A stretch of DNA of 64,000 nt from Phoronis australis (lineage: Eukaryota > Animalia > Phoronida): NCBI GenBank assembly GCA_002633005.1, contig NMRA01000685.1, forward strand, positions 124,001 through 188,000. The letters are read 5' to 3'. Positions 15,001-25,181 of the stretch are shown here, one piece after another; within the stretch, counting starts at the first letter, position 1, and every line of letters starts with the position of its first letter. Both the position numbers and the translations under genes were made by a program. The notes beneath the pieces were generated by a model, which did no database searches, was not told the DNA's origin, and saw only the letters and a list, made by a program, of their open reading frames with translations.

Positions 15001-18000
15001 ATGTAAAAATGTTTGGGAAAGTAATACAATAAGGTTATTGCCATAATATTGCTGGTTTCAGAAAAACAAAAGCACAGTAGCCGATAGGTCGTTTGCCTGC
15101 GGTGTCCTGGCCGAGACTGCCCAGTCACTAGATGGCACCTGTAGTCAGTTCGTTCAGGTTCTCTGTCCCGTGTTCACGTCGCTGTTGAAGGACAACGATG
15201 ACGAAGTGCGCAACAACGCGGTGTTTGGCTTGGGAATATTGGCATTCAATGCACCTCAGGTGATGGAGCCGTATCCTTGTCCTTGCTGAAACTATGGAAA
15301 ATTAACAACAAAATTGGAGACTTAATATTCACTGAGTGGCGCCATTGATGAGAAGCCCTCTTTACCATCTGAATAGAGTGAGAACTGAGAGATATTCATT
15401 GGCACTGGGGTGTTGGTTTAAGAATCGCGCTTAACTAACAGTAGTGAATACATGCATGTTTCAGACAGTACTGCTGTTTCACCTCTAGAGAATTTTGAGC
15501 TTCTCCATGTGCTGACATCCTGTTGCCTGACTCTCTTGTGTGATACAATGGGTGAATCTGTTGTAATTTTTGCTGAATGTAATGTTTCCCTTGTGTGTCT
15601 AATATGATGTCTTCTGAATTTCTCACAAATTGTTGAAGTGTACTTGTTAGCGTCCCGTTTTTTTCTCACTAAGTAACAGAAAATGTCAGGCAACTTTTTT
15701 GTAGTTAACGCAATGGAGAAACAGAATTGACCACAAAAGTTTTCTTTGACCCTCTAGGATTTGACAAATGTATGCTTTTTATGGATTCAAATGATGAAAA
15801 AGTGACGCCTATGGCAGCCATGAAAGATGGTGCCACTTCCTTGAAAAAAGTTCTCAATCATGATGTTGAATACTCCTTAACTGTCAATAATAGTCACTTC
15901 CCTGAGCTACTGAAGAACCTGGTGGACATGGTTAGTAAGGAGAGTAACCCCAGTGTAATGGACAACATCTGTGGAGCTCTGTGTAGAATGACGCTTGCCA
16001 ACTCACAGCTGATGCCTACTGAACAGGTATAAGACACAGTCATGTACTACTCAATATCACATAGATCTGTGGAGCTCTGTGTAGGATGATGCTTGCCAAT
16101 GCACATCTGGTACCTACTGAACAAGTATTAAACACAGTCGTGGAAGTAAACTATTCAATATCACGGGTCTATGGAGCTCTCTGTAGCACTTTGGTAGCCA
16201 AGCTTGTGCTTACTGAACAGGTAGGCATTAAACACATGACATTGTACGTTACATGTCATACATCAGGTGGAACGGTGTGAAAGAAATTGCTTTCCAAGTC
16301 ACAATTGATGCCTCCTGAACAGGCATGTCACATGGCAACTCACTGCTGATGTCTATCTCTTATGCATCTATTATCACCTGCCGAGCCTAACTCTGACTCT
16401 TGTATCCAGCCTCCTTTGGAGTGTTTCTTACAATATTGTGTTTTTGTTTTGGGTAGTACAGGCACAAGGCAAATGAATCTTGTTGATTCAAATGTGTGAC
16501 CCCAAGTGAAGTATTGGTGTACATACATTGCAGGTGTTTTCTGTCATCCTCCAGTACCTTCCCCTGAGGGAAGACCTTGAAGAGTACAGCGTGGTGCTAC
16601 AGTGCGTCTGTCACTTGTCACAGACTCGGTCTGACCTGGTAAGCAGATCATACTTTACCTTAACTGTGACTGCACATGTGTACAGTATGGCTATACATTG
16701 CTGTTTTTGTCAGCGAAATTGGTGAGTGCCCCATTGTGGAAGAACAATCTTCTTATTTAAACAAACATCTACAAAACTGTAGGTAAAAGGAAAGTAGAAA
16801 GCCTATAGAACTTGATGTTTGACTAAGGGCTGTTCCAGCAAAATCTGTGTGGGAGGGGGGGGAAGGCAACTGAAATAAAAATTTATGGGTGGTTGCGTTT
16901 GACTTAAATTCAAAATGGCTGGTGGTCGTACTTCAAAAAAATTAAAACTTACAGGTCGTCGTTGTTTCATTGGGCCATAAATCTTTGATGGTGGGTAATT
17001 TTAGTAAATTTTATAAACAATCTGCACAGAATCAAAAACTGAAACAAAAATGCGACTTTCAAAGAGCTCCGACTTTTTCACTCCCTCCGATCTCCTCATC
17101 GGCATGCCCATAACACCATTTAACCACAGGTGCTCGAATTTCTCGTTGGCTAATAACCATATATAAGAAACATATGTTTACTTAGTAATGAATGACGTTA
17201 GTGGTAATGGAGGAACAGATAAACTCAAGCGCCTGTGCAGTCAACCACAAAAACAAAAAAAATTACGGGTGGTTGCATTTCAAACTTATAAAAAATTACG
17301 GGTGGTAGGTTGAAGAAATAAATGAAAAATATGGGTGGTGGGTGCGAAAAAAAGGTGCCTTCCCCCCCCTCCCATACAGATTTTACTGGAACAGCCCTAA
17401 ATACTATTTTGCTATTAATTGGGTCACTGTCGTGACCATGTCTTTTTAGGGAAATTTAGCAGAAACGAAAGGTTAGCAAAACAACGATATCAACAACATG
17501 AGCAAGCTTTAAAAAAATATTCAAGATGAAATCACAAAAATACTGTTACGTTTTCTTATTATGTTTTTGTTTTATGCAACTTTGAAGTGTTTTCATGAAA
17601 ATCATAAAATTCCTATTTTTGATAGCCTCCATGCATAAAAGGAAAAATTTAAAACAATTCCAAAAAGCGTTTTGGACAAGAGTGCATAAATCATACTATC
17701 AGAAAGTTTCATCTGATTCCGAACAACCATTTCTGAGATATGATTTTCTGAAGTTTGGAATTTTTCATGGTGTCACACAATCTTATGGTAATTGTGTTTC
17801 AGATAGATAGTGTTCATGATAAGTCTTGCTGTATGGAAACATTCAGACTATTGTCTAAATATAACATAAGCAATCAAAACAGTCATGTTGTCATGATTTA
17901 TGTGACTGTGTACTATTGCAGTTATTGCAATTGTTATAACATTTCTATTTGATTTGCTATTAAGTCTTGTATGGTCATGTCTTTGTTCAAGTACATACGA

Positions 18001-21000
18001 TGTGACATTTTCAACTCAATTCATCAGAGCAGAGCATTTTAACTGGCGACTATCTCACAAATATAAATGTTTTACAAGTCTTTTTGCAAAGGATGTAATA
18101 CGCTTTAGATGTTACTTTTGTACGCTTAGCTAACTTAGTACGGTTTGTTGCAGGTTTTAAAGTCCATTGGTCGGCTGGTTGCTGTGTTTGGTCAAGCCTT
18201 AGGTGCTTCTACGGTCAGTTCCGGTGAGTCAGTGTGATTTAACATTTGATCACTCAAATAACTATGCATTACAGTGTCAAAAGTTTTATTGCATGGTTAA
18301 GAAGTAGTTGCTGAAGATGGACAATATGAATTTGAATTATGTGTTACCTACTTAATACCCTGTAAATGTTGTTATATCTTGAAATCTAGAAAGGAATCAA
18401 AAAACTAACCGACACCCAGGCTGCGTATCACAGAACGTAGTACAAACAACAAAAAGTTGTAAGTGAAAGTTGATTGAGACATCAACTTATCTGCTCAACT
18501 GAGAATGCAATTTAATAAGCAGCATTTTGAAACTGTTCCTAATTCCCGGAGTATAATGGGGATTTTAAGTTATGTAAAACCTTGTCGATAAGCCTATGCA
18601 ATTAGCGTAATATCTGCACAGCTGTAATTTAACTGGGCTTGAAATCCACCTAAAAGTCAAAACCATGCCCTCGAAAGTTACATCGAAGCTATTACTAATG
18701 ACGTTATGAATTACAAAAAGCATAACTACAAATTAATATAATATTACTAAGTCCAAAAAAGATGCCCTCACAAATCTCGCTAAAAACAAAGAAATCATAA
18801 TTAAACCAGCTGATAAATGATCAGCAGTTGTTATAGTGGACAAGCAGAAATATACTGACAAGGCACTGCAACAACTTAATGACACAACATACTACAAACA
18901 GTTCATAACGGGGTTTTGGAAAACTTTGCATAAAGCATGTTATGGTAAAATTTCACATGAATCCATTTCTGAGATAGGACTTTGTGAAATTGGCCGATTT
19001 GGACATTTTAATAGTGTCTTACGTAACCTTAATGAGAATAGCCAAACTCGATTCTTGGCATTGGTTTTCATGATCTGATACATCCACTCTCCATTCATGT
19101 ATTAGAGTAAAGACTGTGCTTAGGAAGGCCAGGGGTAATTGATGTAATGCTCGAAGTAATCCAGTGAACATTCTTGGAATCTGGAAATCTCACGTGAGAT
19201 CACACAGTCTTACTGTATTGTGAAGATCTCTGGTCATTTATAAATAAATTTTTAAACTTGGAATACGTATATTACCTTTCTTTTTGAAAGCATGTTTGGT
19301 CAATTTGGCATACATTACTTACTCTGGAAGGTACTGCGATACTTTCTACAACCCATGACCCATAATTTTTAAATTATCTTTAATAGGTTAAAATATAAAA
19401 TCCAACACTTGCAAACAAATTGCCTCCTGGAGGACCTGTTAAGAACTTAGATGATTGACAGACAAGAACTAGTTGTCTTGTCCAATATTGTCAAAAACTA
19501 ATTTAGTAGCCTGTGAGCAATGCTTTTGGCAGCCACCAGGTGTCTCTGTTCACCATGTGTCTATAATTTCAACGAACATTTTTTCAATTATAAGGATCTA
19601 TAAATCTCAAACTGTCTCCACGAACTCTTTTATATTTCTATGTCAAGTGAATATTGGAACTTGTTTATCTTACTCCTCATACTTTTTATTTAAAAATCAT
19701 CAATTTTCTTATATGTGTTAACACCAGTTTAGTGTTGCATAACTTTTCAATTCAATAGGACTGCAGACAAACAGTTGGCTCTAATCAAGTTGCCCATGAC
19801 TTAATTAATGACTTAGTGAACATATAGCACTCTGTTCACTGGCAATATGGGCTTGTTTGTATTGGGATAAGTTAGGGCTGTTCCAGTAAAATCCGTGTGG
19901 GAGGGGGGGGACGGCAGTAGAATTAAAAATTCCTGGGTGGTGGTCTTCAGAAAAAAACTCAAATTATGGGTGGTTGTTCCTGTAAGAAGTGATGCATTAA
20001 AAATGGGTGGTATTTTTTGATTTGTTATCGTTGACAGGTTGGTTAATTCAGCCAACACATCTCCAAAGAAATCAAAACTCAAAAAATACAGATTGGCATA
20101 TATCCCAACTTATCCCAATACAAAAAAGCCCATATTGCCAGTGAACAGAGTGCAATATGTTCACTAAGCCATTAATCAAGTCATGGGCAACTTGATTTGA
20201 GCCAAGGGCTTGACTGCAGTCCTATTGAATTGAAAAGTTATGCAACACTAAACTGGTGTTAACACATATAAGAAAATTGATGATTTTTAAATAAAAAGTA
20301 TGAGGAGTAAGATAAACAAGTTCCAATATTCACTTGACATAGAAGTATAAAAGAGTTTGTGGAGACAGTTTGAGATTCATAGATCCTTATAATTGAAAAA
20401 ATGTTCANCTTAGTACGGTTTGTTGCAGGTTTTAAAGTCCATTGGTCGGCTGGTTGCTGTGTTTGGTCAAGCCTTAGGTGCTTCTACGGTCAGTTCCGGT
20501 GAGTCAGTGTGATTTAGCATTTGATCACTCAAATGACTATGCATTACAGTGTCAAAAGTTTTATTGCATGGTTAAGTAGTAGTTGCTGAAGATGGACAAT
20601 ATGAATTTGAATTATGTGTTACCTACTTAATACCCTGTAAATGTTGTTATATCTTGAAATCTAGAAAGGAATCAAAAAACTAACTGACACCCAGGCTGCG
20701 TATCACAGAAACGTAGTACAAATAACAAAAAGTTGTAAGTGAAAGTTGACTGAGACATCAACTTATTGCTCAACTGAGAATGCAATTTAATAAGCAGCAT
20801 TTTGAAACTGTTCCTAATTCCCGGATTATAATGGGGATTTTAAGTTATGTAAAACCTTGTCGATAAGCCTATGCAATTAGCGTAATATCTGCACAGCTGT
20901 AATTTAACTGGGCTTGAAATCCACCTAAAAGTCAAAACCATGCCTTCGAAAGTTACATTGAAGCTATTACTAATGACTTTATGAATTACAAAAAGCATAA

Positions 21001-22234
21001 CTACAAATATAATATTACTAAGTCAAAAAAAATGCCCTCACAAATCTCGCTAAAAACAAAGAAATCATAATTAAACCAGCTGATAAAGGATCAGCAGTTG
21101 TTATAGTGGACAAGCAGAAATATACTGACAAGGCTCTGCAACAACTTGACACAACATACTACAAACAGTTCATAACAGGGTTTTGGAAAACTTTGCATAA
21201 AGCATGTTATGGTAAAATTTCACATGAATCCATTTCTGAGATAGGACTTTGTGAAATTGGCCAATTTGGACATTTTAATAGTGTCTTACGTAACCTTGAT
21301 GAGAATAGCCAAACTCGGTTCTTGGCATTGGTTTCCATGTCCTGATACATCCACACTCAATTCATGTATTAGAGTAAAGACTGTGCTTAGGAAGGCCAGG
21401 GGTAATTGGTGTAATGCTCGAAGTAATCCAGAGAACATTCTTGGAATCAGGAAATCTCACGTGAGATCACACAATCTCACTGTATTGTGAAGATCTCTGG
21501 TCATTTATAAATAAATTTTTAAACTTAGAAGGCGTATGTTACCTTTCTTTTTGAAAGCATGTTTGGTCAATTTGGCATACATTACTTACTCTGGAAGGTA
21601 CTTTTAATTGATACTTTCTAGTCAATTTGTACAATTCTTCAAACTGGAGGTGTGACGCTGTGATCAAGGCACATGATGTAAACACTGTCTGTCTGAGTTT
21701 ACAAGTTGCTGTTGTATTAGTTTTATTACCTGTTTGTGACATCTGTGCTTAAGTCGAAGGCAAATTTCTATGTGACGGGGCTGGGCCTGACAATCTGTTG
21801 GCGACTTGGTCATTAATGAACTTGGGAATACAGCTTATTGGAACCAGTTCTCATTTTTGAAATTTATCCTCTGTGTTATGTTTCATGTTTCACTATTTTG
21901 CATAATTTCATTTTATATAGAAATCGAGTTTAGAGGTTCAAAATAAAGTAAAATATGCCAAAATGGTGAGAAAAGATAATGTTCTCCTTACGCCAAAATG
22001 TTCATTTCTGAATCATGTATTTGTGTAATTTGTTACTGATTTAAATTTGTGGTTTATTCGTTTTGAATTTTAATACTCACAAAACGTCATCATTTTGGTT
22101 TTTGATTTACAGAGAACGAGGTTACCATGATTCAGTTGTTGAGAAGCATGGGTCAGTCTGATCCACAGTCGTTTCAGCTGGCCATGTCAGGGTTACCCCA
22201 GGAAGTACAAGTAAAATTACAGAACAGCTTGTAG
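1..22234 (+). CDS. IPO4: Importin-4 (karyopherin-beta family), 5'-partial, 21 exons, about 839 aa in the window
   Basis: Hand-spliced GT-AG exons stay in frame: 1-81, 963-1046, 1592-1732, 2393-2446, 3327-3436, 4427-4535, 5151-5286, 5730-5846, 6387-6503, 8025-8148, 8352-8463, 10172-10263, 10698-10775, 11338-11501, 13375-13562, 14284-14457, 15062-15270, 15894-16026, 16534-16638, 18154-18223, 22113-22234 (TAG). IPO4-like HEAT motifs: MALHLPPEK, AVCAEGCAD, VRSAALFALGQFSEHLQP, YYALEMFCENLG, DPDLRRC, ENAYLEEK, DDEVRNNAVFGLG, DNICGALCRM, LPLREDLEEY. Confidence 0.95.
198..447. mobile_element. Non-autonomous hAT-like MITE with CAGGGCTT TIRs and a 6-bp TSD (ATGATT)
   Basis: CAGGGCTT...AAGCCCTG is flanked by ATGATT on both sides. 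The internal TTCATGCAAAAACATTTATTTCAGTTAAATTTT-like segment recurs at about 6950-7046, 7700-7839 and 49285-49506. Confidence 0.7.
3990..4312. repeat. Degenerate minisatellite, unit about 40 bp
   Basis: Recurring ATTGTTGGT..GAAATCCAAT..GTTTCATATTAAC..ACTA units, about 7-8 copies. Confidence 0.65.
5443..5627. repeat. Two-copy 91-bp tandem duplication (intronic)
   Basis: GTGTGATTAATAAAGTCTTCCTGTAAGCC...GTTACATATGGTGTG is repeated directly. Confidence 0.85.
6338..7795 (+). other. About 0.7-kb direct duplication containing an IPO4 exon (6387-6503 and 7097-7213), joined at a single N (7047); probably an uncollapsed allele
   Basis: The copies are near-identical, with a few SNPs (synonymous TAC/TAT in the exon) and 2 versus 4 copies of a 19-bp unit TTCTGTCGTGGTATTCACA. 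Confidence 0.85.
8787..9881. mobile_element. Degenerate non-autonomous DNA transposon
   Basis: Imperfect terminal inverted repeats (GCTAGTTGCATGAAG vs TTTCATGCAACCGGC), repeated internal CCTGAAAAGGTCCCT and AAATTTAGGGAA motifs, and a 52-bp tandem duplication at 9533-9631. Confidence 0.5.
12441..12930 (-). mobile_element. Frameshifted DDE transposase relic, RAG1/Transib/Chapaev-like
   Basis: Minus-strand translation gives GLAIQSC/NITWSQKRKIKQMLKMIGIV and FEYDHHGLLHWKDGMPQDEIQIKIGGDKGGGSK*. Confidence 0.55.
13888..14175 (+). mobile_element. 5' fragment of a THAP-domain DNA transposon (ISL2EU/Harbinger-related)
   Basis: The ORF reads YCYFPRCKSSTGGHKFPKDLRLLHSWRIAVERVNQVTKSLWMPKPREC, a THAP C-x-x-P-x-C...FPKD...W...WxP pattern. 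It is preceded by a terminus-like AT|GGGGCTATTC. Confidence 0.65.
15271..15893 (+). other. U12-type (minor spliceosome) GT-AG intron of IPO4
   Basis: 5' splice site GTATCCTT. Branch point TCCTTAAC at 15874-15881, about 10 nt before the AG, with no polypyrimidine tract. Splicing keeps frame (QVMEP|HFPELLK). Confidence 0.92.
15967..16360 (+). repeat. Degenerate tandem copies of an IPO4 exon 3' end with its donor site
   Basis: ICGALCRMTLANSQLMPTEQ|GT recurs as ICGALCRMMLANAHLVPTEQ (16065-16124) and VYGALCSTLVAKLVLTEQ|GTAGG (about 16167-16220), with shorter fragments near 16300-16355. Confidence 0.8.
16827..17397. mobile_element. PIF/Harbinger (Tourist-like) MITE
   Basis: TIRs of about 42 bp (GGGCTGTTCCAG.AAAATCTGT.TGGGAGGGGGGGGAAGGCA), TAA target duplication on both sides, and repeated internal GGGTGG motifs. 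A 5' half of the same family starts at 19875 after TTA. Confidence 0.88.
18635..18903 (+). mobile_element. Penelope-like retroelement fragment (second copy at about 20909-21170)
   Basis: Translates to ALTNLAKNKEIIIKPADK(G/*)SAVVIVDKQKYTDKALQQLNDTTYYK, the KPADKG motif that precedes the RT core of Penelope-like elements. Confidence 0.75.
19574..20406. repeat. Long inverted repeat, arms 19574-19873 and 20107-20406
   Basis: The arms of about 300 bp are near-exact reverse complements. The spacer starts with a Harbinger MITE end, and the right arm is cut off at the N at 20408. Confidence 0.9.
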
Positions 22235-22253
22235 ACACTAACTTTGTATTTAA

Positions 22254-22617
22254 AAGGATACTAAACCCTGTTTTGATGATTTCCAAAAATCATTGTTGTC
22301 ATCTGCTGACACATCATTGTCATCAATCTTCCGAGTAAAAGGCAGAAATCAATTAAAAATTCATTGTCCGTATGTCACTGGTTGGACATTATGGTGCTTG
22401 GTAGGTGCTGCTTTCCATCATAAAATGCTGTGTAATTCACTAAAAGCATAGGTCATGCTTGCCTGTTTAGCAGATTTTGAAAGTAAGAGTTTTCAAAATT
22501 TTCTCCAAACTTTTGAAGGTTGTCAAGGGTTACAGAGCATTATTTTGTTTCAGAGAAATGGATGGAAAAGTCAATTTTAGTATTTGTTTATTGGGCAAAA
22601 CAGAGTTTGGTATCCTT
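22254..22617. mobile_element. Kolobok-type MITE just after the IPO4 stop codon
   Basis: TTAA|AAGGATACTAAACCCTGTTTTG ... CAAAACAGAGTTTGGTATCCTT|TTGA: inverted termini with a degenerate TTAA target site. Confidence 0.65.
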
Positions 22618-23147
22618 TTGAGCAATACGTGAAATTAGTTGATGGAAGGTCGAAGTGACTTTCAGTCACAGCTGACTGGAAATCAAACCTTGAAAAAATT
22701 GTACTTCATTTCCTTGGCCCACTTGGGGTCAATGCAAGGGTGTTCGTCTGCTGTACTTTTAAAAGCAGGCTGTTCTAGTTGTCAGCATAGAAGTAAGTTT
22801 GCTGGGGGACGTAATGGGAAAATCAATCGATAGCTTTAACAAAGAATAATTTTCACCACCTGCAAAAACTGGAGTTTCTTTGTGTTTTAAAAGAGATGGT
22901 AATCCCTCCTTAAAATCGCTCTAAATACGTGTCTTTGTTATTGAATTTCGTGTTTTGATTGGCTTTTTGTGAGCAAATGTGGGCCTGTGGGTGTCATTCT
23001 ATGCAGATGAATTTGTTAATATTAAGATGTATACTTATTTGTGAAATATTCATAAAAAAATTCTTCAAGATGAAAAAAGATCTGTTTAGTAACAGTTGTT
23101 TGTTTAAAGACATTTGTTTGGCTATCAAAAAAAAAGTTGTGCTTCAG

Positions 23148-23296
23148 TGGCTGTGCTTGATTGACTTTGCCAGTTCCACTGAGTCATCCGTCTGAGACAC
23201 CTGATTGGTCTATATGACGGAAGTTGTCATCAACAACCAATCAGATGTGTTAGTCGGTTGATCCTTGTACCTAGCGAAAGCAATCAAGTGCAGCCA
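23148..23296. repeat. Imperfect palindrome of about 150 bp (MITE-like)
   Basis: GGCTGTGCTTGATTGACTTTGC pairs with GCGAAAGCAATCAAGTGCAGCC, and the inner CTGATTGGT..ATGAC pairs with GTCAT..ACCAATCAG. Confidence 0.6.
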
Positions 23297-23891
23297 ATCT
23301 CAGTGTGACCAGTGATTGAATGAAGTGATGGGCAAAGAACAAAATGGAATTTTCATTTGTAGTTTTCTCATTTGCTGGTATTAAATTATGCTTCTGGGAG
23401 CGAATATTTCACTAAACATTTTGCTAGTGCAGCTAAATTTACCACTGTATAATTGTCGGTAAACATCTGGAATTTGTACTGCATTTTGTTGTTTTTAAGT
23501 TGTTCAGTGCGCGTTCTTGTGTTATATTTATTGAGTGATAATTATTAAAATTCATAGGCTTTACTTGTTAGCTTGTGGGAATGCAATTCCAAGTAAATTG
23601 TTGAACCCTGAAGACTGAACTTGACAGTTTGGAAATGGGGCAACTCATTTTATGCACCAGAATGAATGTGACTTTCACTCTATTATAAAAATAGTCATAC
23701 TGGTTACATGAGCGAACACTAGATGGAGTTATGAGGTGCATTGGGACTCAAGTGATATTATTTCATTCATTAAGCATTAACTTTGTAATGATGTGTTGTT
23801 TGACTGATTGTGAACTGATGCACTTTTGAGTCAAATGTCAAATTATAGTTTGTATTATCAATTGAGATTTGATTCACTCTAACTAGCTTCA

Positions 23892-24346
23892 GAGGATTTT
23901 ATCAATGTCACTGTTGGTTTTTAAATGCATTGTGTGAGGGTTGCCAGCTTGTAGGCATCCGGTGACATCACAGATAGCTGGACTTATAAACATGAACATT
24001 ACGACACAACAAGACTTGTCACATGAGGGCACCGTAAGTACACTGCAACATGCTTTTTGGTGCGAGTACTACTAAACAACCACGAATAGAAAAATAGAAA
24101 ATGAAAGCCAAGGTCAAAATGTTTTGAACGAACCCACAGACTTTTACCAAATAATTTTTGGACAAGATTTTCATGGCATGTGTTGTCCAATTTCGCAGAA
24201 GTGAAATCTCGATTCCTACATCCAAATTATAGATCAGGTTACACACACACATAAGTAAAAAGTGATGTCACTGTAGGTTTATGAGCCGACAACCATTTCA
24301 CAATGCATTTGAAAAATGACAACCGTGTACTAGATGAAATCCCTCA
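23892..24346. repeat. Degenerate inverted repeat with arms of about 80 bp
   Basis: TTTTTAAATGCATTGTG...GGTGACATCAC (23892-23970) matches the reverse complement of GTGATGTCACTG...CACAATGCATTTGAAAA (24262-24346). Confidence 0.55.
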
Positions 24347-25181
24347 AATTGATCATTGAATTGATCTAGTTTTTAGTCATACAGTGGGCTGTTTTCCAGC
24401 ACCTTTGCTTGATGTAATATAACGTTTCAAGATGGTTGTGAAATATTTTGTTTTGTGTTATCATGTCCTGGTCAGTTATTATAAATAGCACTTCTTAAAT
24501 CACTGTCTTCATTATTTTTTTGGTAATTTTCAATCAATGCACAATGGGCATTATTGTGATTTGATCAGCGTATATGTAAGATAAGTAACATCAATTTGTT
24601 CATCTTTACTGTTTGAGGTGTAAGAAAAAGTGTTGAAATTGGATAAGGCAATTTCGTTTGCGATGTAGTGAGGCCCGTATTCTCTGTTAAGCAAGTGAGT
24701 CTAAGAATCACAATTTATAATAAACATTTTATTACAAAAATCTGACATTTATATGATAATATTGACTTCATTTACATCCAATAACCGGTGTCTTTTTATC
24801 ACACACTAAAAGTTATTTGTCACTTTTTATAAGACAACTAAAGATTACAGTGATGAAATGTTCAATATCTACAAGGTTCTCGTAGCCAAACCTAATCTAT
24901 CTCAATTCCACAGAATGATGTTAACATCCAAATCTAGATCTCTTGAAGTACGTGCAACAGACATGCTCACAGTCTATCAGTCGTGCAACCATCAACATCT
25001 AAAAGTAGCGCACCTCTTCAGTTGCGTGGCCTCAATTGATTTAACACATCAAAGTGAACCAGTGTCCGAGTTCAGTGACTGATCCCCCCTTCTAAGAGGT
25101 ACGTTCACAATATTCCGATGCAGGTCAAAGGTCAGTGGTACAGCTGAAGACGTGCAGTAAAGATTCTTTAAAATATTGCAG

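Larger units (their letters stand above)
18134..21620 (+). other. 1.2-kb direct duplication (18134-19348 and 20409-21620) containing a 70-nt IPO4 exon, joined at a single N (20408); probably an uncollapsed allele
   Basis: The copies are near-identical. The duplicated exon (20429-20498) is 70 nt, so including both copies would frameshift IPO4. Confidence 0.85.

Noticed and set aside
20429-20498. Mutually exclusive or duplicated IPO4 exon
   Set aside because: It is identical to 18154-18223, lies in a block starting at a single N, and would frameshift if both were included. An uncollapsed haplotype explains it best.
22610-22617. Second GTATCCTT U12 donor
   Set aside because: It lies after the stop codon and is the terminal inverted repeat of the Kolobok-type MITE.
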